Assembly: GCA_018823285.1 (NCBI GenBank)
Contig: JAHJIQ010000013.1
Location: 89,593-153,592 of the forward strand
Reading direction: 5' to 3'
From: Pseudomonadota bacterium
GTDB lineage: Bacteria; Desulfobacterota; Desulfobulbia; Desulfobulbales; JAGXFP01
DNA length: 64,000 nt
Shown: positions 9,035 through 16,588 of the stretch, piece after piece
How positions within the stretch are numbered: position 1 is the first letter of the stretch
Layout of the letters: every line of letters begins with the position of its first letter
The notes under the pieces: model-generated
Told to the model about the DNA's origin: nothing
Database searches by the model: none
The model's input: the letters and a program-made list of their open reading frames with translations, nothing else
Made by a program: the position numbers and the translations under genes

Positions 9035-9343
9035 AACTGACCCCAATATAGTGAACTCCTGAAACATTACGCAATCTTTAATCCGATAGAACAAACAAAC
9101 TGATAACCAGTACCAATAAACACATTCCCGACAAATCGTCAAACCCCCTGTTTCCCGAGAAAAGTTCCAGCACAAGACAATGTATTACCGTCCAATTTAT
9201 CACCACATATTGTTTATTGAATAATTATCTGAACTGTTGTATTTTACTCCCCTTTTTTTATGGTATTATACAGACAGGTTCATTGAAGCCGTCCGGCTGC
9301 AGTATAGAGCCTGTTCACTAACTTCTATACGGAGGTGTTGTGC

Positions 9344-9877
9344 ATGGAACTTCAGGTTGAAGGACGTCATGTTGACATTCGCAATTCATGGCAGACCAAA
9401 ATCGATGTTGAAAAAGATCGTCTGGACCGTCACCATCCGGGACTGGTTCATAACCTGCGGGTAGCAGTTGAAGCCACCACCAGTCACAAAGAGGGTGGTT
9501 ACGAAGTCAGACTTATTGCCACTGTCCCCAACGACACCCTGATCGTCAAACGCAAAGGGGACGCGGTTAAACCGCTCCTGGTAAAAGCTTTCGACAACCT
9601 TGGCCAGCAGCTTAAAGAGATGCAGCGCAAAAAGAGACAAAGCTCCAAAGGGCAGGAAGGAAGCGGCCCTGAAGTTTTGACCGGCATTATAAAAACAGTC
9701 TCCCCTCCTGAGTCGTTCGGCTTTATCGTCACCGGCGACGGACGGGAAATCTATTTCCATGAAAACGCCTTGAAAGACGCGCAAATCGGCGTCCTGAACG
9801 AAGGCGATGCCGTCACTTTCGGAGAAACCGAGGGTGACAAGGGGCCCTGCGCCAGCTGGGTTAAATTGACCAACTGA
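9344..9877 (+). CDS. hpf: ribosome hibernation factor (HPF/RaiA) N-domain fused to a C-terminal cold-shock domain
   Basis: N-terminal MELQVEGRHVDI....I..K...L.R....L is the sigma-54 modulation protein/HPF pattern. C-terminal FGFIVTGDGREIYFHENAL...LNEGDAVTF...GDKGPCASWV matches cold-shock-domain signatures. GGAGG lies 8 nt upstream of the ATG at 9344. Confidence 0.8.
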   Translation: MELQVEGRHVDIRNSWQTKIDVEKDRLDRHHPGLVHNLRVAVEATTSHKEGGYEVRLIATVPNDTLIVKRKGDAVKPLLVKAFDNLGQQLKEMQRKKRQSSKGQEGSGPEVLTGIIKTVSPPESFGFIVTGDGREIYFHENALKDAQIGVLNEGDAVTFGETEGDKGPCASWVKLTN

Positions 9878-9914
9878 ACCGGGGTCTCAGGCCAGTAAAC
9901 GGAACAAACATACA

Positions 9915-11006
9915 ATGTCTGCATCAGCACAGGTCGATATCGGGCCTGAATATCTTGAAGAAAAAGAAGACACGCTGTCTGAAAAGATCGCCCGGCTCAA
10001 AATTGAGCTGGGCGATGACCTTTTAATCCTCGGTCATCACTATCAGCAGGAAGCGGTCTATAAATTTGCCGACCAGGTCGGCGATTCCCTGAAACTCGCC
10101 CGCACGGCCTCCCGGCAGAAAAGCAGGTATATCGTCTTCTGCGGTGTTCATTTCATGGCGGAAACCGCGGATATTCTCACCTCGCCGGAGCAGGTTGTCC
10201 TTCTCCCCGACCTCCGGGCCGGTTGCCCGATGGCGGATATGGCAAGCATCGATGAGGTCGAATACGCCTGGCAGGATCTGGCAGAAGTCATCGGCGACGC
10301 CTCGGTTATCCCCATCACCTATGTCAACTCTTCTGCCCGAATCAAAGCCTTCGTCGGTGAAAAGGGCGGCTCGGTCTGCACCTCTTCCAACGCGGAGAAG
10401 GTGTTGTCCTGGGCCCTGAACAAGGGGAACAAAGTCATCTTTTTCCCCGATGAACATCTCGGCAGAAATTCCGCCTATGCCCTCGGTATCCCGAAGGATG
10501 AGATCGTTCTCTGGAACAGGGAGGAGCCTTTGGGGGGAAATACTCCGGAAGAGCTTCAGAAAGCAAAAGTCATCCTCTGGAACGGATACTGCACCGTCCA
10601 TATGCAGTTCACTGCGGAGCAGGTCGACAACTGGCGCCGCAAAGATCCGGACATCAAGGTGATCGTTCACCCGGAATGCAGAAACGAGGTGGTCGGCAAG
10701 GCAGACCATTACGGCTCCACCGAAGCCATCATCAGGACCATTTCCGATTCCCCGTCCGGAACCAGCTGGGCGGTCGGCACCGAGATCAACCTGGTCAACC
10801 GCCTCCGCCGGCTGCTGCCCGACAAAAAAATCCACTCCCTGTCACCCTTCCAGTGCCTCTGCTCCACCATGTACCGGATCAAACCTGGGTATCTGCTCTG
10901 GGCCCTGGAAAGCATCCGGAGCGGCCAGGTCGTCAACCGGATCACGGTCGACCAGGAAACTGCGGAAAAGGCGAAGTTGTCCCTGAACAGGATGCTCGAA
11001 ATCTGA
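9915..11006 (+). CDS. nadA: quinolinate synthase
   Basis: 363 aa. Blocks LILGHHYQ, GVHFMAETA, TYVNSSA, FFPDEHLG and CSTMYRI are typical of NadA. Confidence 0.9.
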   Translation: MSASAQVDIGPEYLEEKEDTLSEKIARLKIELGDDLLILGHHYQQEAVYKFADQVGDSLKLARTASRQKSRYIVFCGVHFMAETADILTSPEQVVLLPDLRAGCPMADMASIDEVEYAWQDLAEVIGDASVIPITYVNSSARIKAFVGEKGGSVCTSSNAEKVLSWALNKGNKVIFFPDEHLGRNSAYALGIPKDEIVLWNREEPLGGNTPEELQKAKVILWNGYCTVHMQFTAEQVDNWRRKDPDIKVIVHPECRNEVVGKADHYGSTEAIIRTISDSPSGTSWAVGTEINLVNRLRRLLPDKKIHSLSPFQCLCSTMYRIKPGYLLWALESIRSGQVVNRITVDQETAEKAKLSLNRMLEI

Positions 11007-11067
11007 TAGTTCAAACAGCTTAAACGTTCAAACGCCTAGACGCTTAAACGCTTAAACAACTGAAAAT

Positions 11068-12216
11068 ATGAAAAGAATATATTTCGACAATAACGCCACC
11101 ACCCCGGTATCACCCGAAGTCAAAGCCGCAATGCTCCCCTGTCTTGAAGAGCGATTCGGCAACCCTTCGAGTGCCCACAGAATCGGGGAGGCAGCCGCAT
11201 TGGCCGTGGAAAGAGCCCGAGAGCAGGTCGCCCTACTTTTCAACGCCCATCCCTCCAGAATCTGTTTCACCAGCGGCGGCACCGAAGCCAACAATATGGC
11301 AATATTCAGTGCCGCCGGAGCAAACCCTGACAAAAAACACATTGTCACCTCCAGGGTCGAACATCCTTCAGTCCTTGAGCCTCTCAACCACCTTGCCGGG
11401 TATGGATACGAAATCGAAGTGCTTGAGGTCGACCCCAACGGCGCCCTTGATCTTGACCGGCTGCGATCCACACTCCGCGAGGACACCGCCCTGGTCACCC
11501 TGATGGCGGCAAATAACGAGACCGGGGTCATCTGGCCGATCGGGGAAATCGGCGAAATCTGCAAGGAGAAGGGGGTCCTGTTCCACAGCGACGTCGTGCA
11601 GATGCTCGGCAAAAGCCCGATAGACGTCCAGGAACTGGCAGTCGACTACCTGAGCATGGCCGGACACAAGCTCCACGGCCCGAAAGGGGTCGGCGCTCTA
11701 TTCACCTCAAGAACCGCACCTCTCAGACCGGTCATTTTCGGAGCCGGTCAGGAAAAGGGCAAAAGGCCGGGCACCGAAAATGTTCCCGGGATTGTCGGCC
11801 TCGGCAAAGCCTGTGAAACAGCCGGTGCCAAGCTTGCAGAGTATTCTGTAAATATTCTCGCCTTGCGGGATCGCATTGAAAATTCCATCAGCAGCAATTT
11901 CCCGGATGCGATCATCAATGGCGCCGGTGAGCCAAGGCTTGCCAATACAATCAACGTCTGTTTCGAGCACTGCTCATCCGCCGGTCTGATCCAGGAACTT
12001 GATGAAAGAGGGATTGCGGTCTCGGGCCATTCGGCCTGTCACAGCGGCGACCTGAACCCCTCGCATGTCCTTACGGCCATGCGGGTTCCGGAAACCCACC
12101 TCCATGGCGCCCTGCGCATAAGCCTCAGCAGGATCAACACCGCTGAAGAAGTCGACCGGTTTCTGGAGATTCTCCCGGACATCGTCGAAAAATCACGCCG
12201 GGGTTTCGCCGATTAA
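11068..12216 (+). CDS. cysteine desulfurase (NifS/IscS class V aminotransferase family)
   Basis: MKRIYFDNNATTP start. FTSGGTEANN. PLP-lysine context SMAGHKLHGPKGVGALF. Active-site Cys region GHSACHSG. Confidence 0.85.
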   Translation: MKRIYFDNNATTPVSPEVKAAMLPCLEERFGNPSSAHRIGEAAALAVERAREQVALLFNAHPSRICFTSGGTEANNMAIFSAAGANPDKKHIVTSRVEHPSVLEPLNHLAGYGYEIEVLEVDPNGALDLDRLRSTLREDTALVTLMAANNETGVIWPIGEIGEICKEKGVLFHSDVVQMLGKSPIDVQELAVDYLSMAGHKLHGPKGVGALFTSRTAPLRPVIFGAGQEKGKRPGTENVPGIVGLGKACETAGAKLAEYSVNILALRDRIENSISSNFPDAIINGAGEPRLANTINVCFEHCSSAGLIQELDERGIAVSGHSACHSGDLNPSHVLTAMRVPETHLHGALRISLSRINTAEEVDRFLEILPDIVEKSRRGFAD

Positions 12217-12307
12217 CTTCCTTTATTTGTGAACCGTTTTCAGGTATCTTCAACTCGAAATCTTTCGCGCCAATAAAACGCAAACAACAACTCAAACAGG
12301 ATCAGCC

Positions 12308-14149
12308 ATGTGCGGCATTGTCGGATATATAGGAAAAAGAAAGGTTGTCCCGATTCTTCTGAAAGGGCTGAAAAGCCTCGAATACCGGGGCTACGACTCC
12401 GCCGGACTGGTGTATATCGATGAATCCGGCGGACTCAAAAGACACCGCTGTCAGGGCAAGCTTGCAAATCTTGAAGAGGTCATGGAAGAGCTGACTGTTT
12501 CCAGCACCGTCGGCCTCGGCCATACCCGCTGGGCAACCCATGGCCCGCCGTCAGAAGCAAACGCCCACCCGCATCTGGACTGCACCGGGAGACTGGTTGT
12601 CGTTCACAACGGGATCATTGAGAACTTCCATTCCCTGCGCGATGAACTGAAATCACGGGGTCATGTTTTCAATTCCGAAACCGACACCGAGGTCCTGGTC
12701 CACCTGATTGAGGAGTACCTTGAAGACGATCTGGTCGCAGCGGTCCGGCAGGCCCTGAAAAGAGTCGAAGGCGCTTACGCTCTCGGCATCCTCTGGGCGG
12801 ACAAACCCGATGAACTTGTCGCGGTCAGGAACCACAGCCCTCTGGTCCTTGGTGTCCAGGAGGATGGCGGCTCCTTCATGGCCTCCGATATCCCGGCCAT
12901 TCTTCCCTACACCAAGGAAGTGATCTACCTCGAAGACCGGGAACTGGCGGTCCTGAAAGAAGATGGCCTGACCGTCATGAATCTTGACAGCGGCAAACTC
13001 CAGGAAAAAGAAATACACACCATCACCTGGAACGCCGCGATGGCCGAAAAAACGGGCTACAAACATTTCATGCTGAAGGAGATATTCGAACAGCCTCAGG
13101 CGATTTTAAACACCTTCCGGGGACGGATTGATCCGGAAACCGGTGAGGTGAAAATGGTGGAATCGGCGCTGACCGGAGAGTACCTGCGAGGGATCAGAAG
13201 AATTGTGCTGCTGGCCTGCGGCACCTCCTGGCACGCGGCGCTGATCGCCAAATACTGGCTGGAAAAGTGGGCCTCCATTCCCGTTGAAGTGGATATCGCC
13301 TCCGAATTCCGCTACCGCACCCTTCTCATCGATGAATCGGTGATGGTTGTTCCCATTTCCCAGTCGGGTGAAACCGCCGACACTCTCGCCGGAATGAGGC
13401 GCGCCCGAAAAATGGGGGCACGGATCACCGCCATCTGCAATGTGGTCGGCAGCAGCATGACCCGGGAAGCCGACGGCACCATATACACCCACGCCGGCCC
13501 GGAGATCGGAGTCGCCTCGACCAAGGCGTTTACCAGTCAGCTCACCGCCCTGTTCCTGCTTACCCTGATGATCGGAGCGGCCCGGAACACCATCCCGAAA
13601 AACCAAAGGGTAGAACTGATCCAGGGGCTGATCAGCATCCCGGCAGTGATCGAAAATGAGCTGCCGCGCCTTCAGGAGGCCACCGACCGGATGGCCGAAA
13701 ATTTCGTAAAATGCCGGGATTTCATCTATCTCGGCCGAGGGATAAACTTCCCGGTCGCCCTGGAAGGCGCCCTGAAGCTGAAAGAGATCTCCTACATCCA
13801 CGCCGAGGGGTATCCCGCCGGCGAACTCAAACATGGCCCGATCGCCCTGGTCGACCGGGAGATGCCGATCCTGGCCCTCGCCCCGAAGGACAGTGTCTAC
13901 GACAAGGTCATCTCCAATGTCGAAGAGGTCAAGGCCCGTCACGGCAGACTGATTATGGTCGGCAGCAGCGCCGACAAAAACCTGCAGCGCCTGACCGAAG
14001 AGATCATAACCCTGCCCGAGGTGCATGAAGAACTCAATCCGATTCTCTACTCGATTCCGCTCCAGCTCCTGGCCTATCATATTGCAAACCAGAGAGGCTG
14101 CGACGTCGACCAACCCAGAAACCTCGCGAAAAGTGTCACCGTTGAATGA
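12308..14149 (+). CDS. glmS: glutamine--fructose-6-phosphate aminotransferase (isomerizing)
   Basis: MCGIVGYIG N-terminal nucleophile. Two SIS domains (ISQSGETADTL). C-terminal DQPRNLAKSVTVE. Confidence 0.95.
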   Translation: MCGIVGYIGKRKVVPILLKGLKSLEYRGYDSAGLVYIDESGGLKRHRCQGKLANLEEVMEELTVSSTVGLGHTRWATHGPPSEANAHPHLDCTGRLVVVHNGIIENFHSLRDELKSRGHVFNSETDTEVLVHLIEEYLEDDLVAAVRQALKRVEGAYALGILWADKPDELVAVRNHSPLVLGVQEDGGSFMASDIPAILPYTKEVIYLEDRELAVLKEDGLTVMNLDSGKLQEKEIHTITWNAAMAEKTGYKHFMLKEIFEQPQAILNTFRGRIDPETGEVKMVESALTGEYLRGIRRIVLLACGTSWHAALIAKYWLEKWASIPVEVDIASEFRYRTLLIDESVMVVPISQSGETADTLAGMRRARKMGARITAICNVVGSSMTREADGTIYTHAGPEIGVASTKAFTSQLTALFLLTLMIGAARNTIPKNQRVELIQGLISIPAVIENELPRLQEATDRMAENFVKCRDFIYLGRGINFPVALEGALKLKEISYIHAEGYPAGELKHGPIALVDREMPILALAPKDSVYDKVISNVEEVKARHGRLIMVGSSADKNLQRLTEEIITLPEVHEELNPILYSIPLQLLAYHIANQRGCDVDQPRNLAKSVTVE

Positions 14150-14168
14150 TCAGCCCTCATCCCCACGA

Positions 14169-15644
14169 GTGTCGGCGCAGAACTCTAAAGAGCTGTTTTC
14201 CTACAGCGGCGAAGGCCGCCCGGCCGGGCACCTCAATGTGTTTCTGCCGGGTTGGGGCTTTGACGGACGGATCATCACCCTGCAGGAACAGGTCACCGAC
14301 TGGCTGTTCCCGACAAAAGTGATATCCCCCGAGGACACCCTCCGGGCGCTGGCGGTTTATCTTGAGCAATCCCACATCAATTCCGTCACCCTGGTCGGCT
14401 GGTCGATGGGGGCCAATCTGGCCCTTGACTTTGCCGCAAGGCATCCCGACAAAATCGAGGCCCTTTACCTGCTCGGCATCCGCAGGTCATGGCCGGCAGG
14501 GGTCATCAACCAGATCAGGAGCGACCTTCGGCAAGGCCGGAATTCCTTTCTTCATAATTTTTACCGAAAATGTTTTCTCGGATACCGCAAGGCCCACGAA
14601 ACATTTACCACCGACATCGCCCCCTCCCTGCTCACCAACCTGAAAACCGGGATTCTGGAACAGGGTCTTGACTATCTTGGCGATTACAATCTTGAGAATT
14701 CTCTTTCACTCCTTGCCGGAAGCGCCTTTTCAACCCGGATCATTCATGGCGGCAAGGACATTATCGCTCCTCTGAGCGAAGCTCCGCATTCCGCGAGCAT
14801 CCCTCTCACCATCCTTGAGCATGGCGGGCATCCGGTCTTCCTCGACCCGAACTTTCCCTTTCAGCTGCACAACCGGAAAGCATCGATTCACAGCAAATTC
14901 TGCCGGGCCGCCGACACTTACGACGCCCACGCCATCATCCAGAAGGAAATTGCCGTGCGGATGGGAGAGTTGCTGCCGGCCGAAACCCCGGCCAGGATAC
15001 TGGAAATCGGCTGCGGCACCGGAAATTACACGAAAATCCTCCACACCCGCTATCCCGAAGCAGAGATTACCGCCCTTGATTTTGCCTCCGACATGCTCGC
15101 GAGAGCCAGGGCAAAACTTCCCCCGGGAAGTTCCGTCAGATACCTTTGCCGGGATGCGGAGATTTTTCTGAATGAGTCAGAGGAGCGTTTTGACCTGATC
15201 ACCTCCAACGCCACCATGCAATGGTTTGACAATCTTTTGCAAGCCTGCCGCAACATCAGGTCCTTACTCACCAGCGAGGGGAGGATCCTCCTCTCGATCT
15301 TCGGGCCGAAAAGCATGCAGGAAATGCGGGAAGGACTGGGAGCGATCCTCGGCAGAACCGCTCCGCTGCCGTCGACCTGGTTCCCGGACCATGACACGCT
15401 TGCCACAATATTCGGCCCGCTCTGCAGAGACCTTGAGATCAGGGAATGGCAGACCACCAGAGAATACGAAACCTTAAGCGACCTGCTCGAACATATCCGG
15501 AAAACCGGCACCTCCGGCTGGCACCCGGGGCGCCCGCTGCTCACTCGAAGCCGGATGACCGAACTTGAGAGCTGGTTTGTTGGGAAATACGGCAATTGCC
15601 GTACCACCTATCAGGTGTTCCAGATCAGCGGGAAAAGAAAATGA
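14169..15644 (+). CDS. bioC: bifunctional BioH-like alpha/beta hydrolase / BioC-like SAM methyltransferase
   Basis: N-terminal half has the nucleophile elbow LVGWSMGANLALDFA. C-terminal half has SAM motif I (ILEIGCGTGNYTKIL) and the ATMQWF block typical of BioC. It is followed by bioD. The track ORF starts at 14025 inside glmS; the in-frame GTG at 14169 is my preferred start (uncertain). Confidence 0.7.
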   Translation: MSAQNSKELFSYSGEGRPAGHLNVFLPGWGFDGRIITLQEQVTDWLFPTKVISPEDTLRALAVYLEQSHINSVTLVGWSMGANLALDFAARHPDKIEALYLLGIRRSWPAGVINQIRSDLRQGRNSFLHNFYRKCFLGYRKAHETFTTDIAPSLLTNLKTGILEQGLDYLGDYNLENSLSLLAGSAFSTRIIHGGKDIIAPLSEAPHSASIPLTILEHGGHPVFLDPNFPFQLHNRKASIHSKFCRAADTYDAHAIIQKEIAVRMGELLPAETPARILEIGCGTGNYTKILHTRYPEAEITALDFASDMLARARAKLPPGSSVRYLCRDAEIFLNESEERFDLITSNATMQWFDNLLQACRNIRSLLTSEGRILLSIFGPKSMQEMREGLGAILGRTAPLPSTWFPDHDTLATIFGPLCRDLEIREWQTTREYETLSDLLEHIRKTGTSGWHPGRPLLTRSRMTELESWFVGKYGNCRTTYQVFQISGKRK

Positions 15645-15654
15645 GAGTATTCGG

Positions 15655-16335
15655 ATGACGAACAAAGCCCTGTTTATCACGGCAACCGATACCGGAGTCG
15701 GGAAAACCCTGGTCAGCGGCCTGCTTCTGGAATACCTCCTGAGACGTTCCATCAAAGCCGGGTACCAGAAATGGGTCAGCACCGGCGATGCCGATAACCC
15801 GGCCGATCTTGCGGAATGTATGAAAATCGCCGGGGCACAACCGGCGCCGAATGATCTCGACTCACAGGTCCCGTTCCGCTTCAGCTACCCGGCCTCTCCT
15901 CATTTTGCCGCCGAGATTGACGGCAAAGAAGTCGATGCCGGGATGATCCTGCGGAAATTTGCCGAAATGAACAGCAGGTATGAATTTTTAATTGTCGAGG
16001 GAGTCGGCGGTCTGCTGGTGCCCCTCCGCCGCGACCTGCTTCTCGCCGATCTGCTGACCAAACTTGAGCTCCCCACGGTCATTGTCGCCCGAAGCGGTCT
16101 TGGCACCCTGAACCACACCCTGTTGACAATTGAGGCGCTCCGCAACAGGAAGCTGCCGATTGCCGGGGTTATCTTCACCGATCCGGCGGAAGTTGATGAA
16201 ACCCTGGCCCTTGACAACATACGGACCATCGCGGAAATCGGCCGGGTGGAAATCCTGGGACGCCTGCCCTACAGCAACCACCGCCCGGATCTTATCAGGC
16301 ATTTCAGCCTCATCGGCTCCAGGATGGTGAAATGA
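15655..16335 (+). CDS. bioD: dethiobiotin synthase
   Basis: MTNKALFITATDTGVGKTLVSG P-loop, then IVEGVGGLLVP. Start chosen at the ATG at 15655 within the 15565..16335 ORF. Confidence 0.85.
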   Translation: MTNKALFITATDTGVGKTLVSGLLLEYLLRRSIKAGYQKWVSTGDADNPADLAECMKIAGAQPAPNDLDSQVPFRFSYPASPHFAAEIDGKEVDAGMILRKFAEMNSRYEFLIVEGVGGLLVPLRRDLLLADLLTKLELPTVIVARSGLGTLNHTLLTIEALRNRKLPIAGVIFTDPAEVDETLALDNIRTIAEIGRVEILGRLPYSNHRPDLIRHFSLIGSRMVK

Positions 16336-16588
16336 CGAGACTTCGTTTTTAAAGCGGCTCCCCGCACGAAGCTCAACCCGACCCTTTTCCGAAAGAAAAT
16401 CCGTCCCATCGATTCGCCGGACTCGAAAGCCTGCGGGTAACCGGCACCGAAAATCAATTCCTGCCCACCCGCACCAGCCACTCGCAAACCAGCAAAACCG
16501 CAGTATTTTTTTTATTTGACTTCTCCTCCCCAATCACGAGAGAATTTGTCACGTAACATGTAGTTTCATTAATTCATCCGCAGGGAGA

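Noticed and set aside
12217-12307. A possible glmS ribozyme or other leader upstream of glmS.
   Set aside because: Only about 90 nt are available and I see no ribozyme-like core. The glmS ribozyme is characteristic of Gram-positive lineages. There is no supporting structure.
14025-14168. An N-terminal extension of the BioH-BioC ORF overlapping the last 125 nt of glmS.
   Set aside because: The extension is low-complexity (RFSTRFRSSSWPIILQTREAATSTNPETSRKVSPLNDQPSSP). It lies in an alternative frame of the highly conserved glmS C-terminus. A start after the glmS stop is far more likely.
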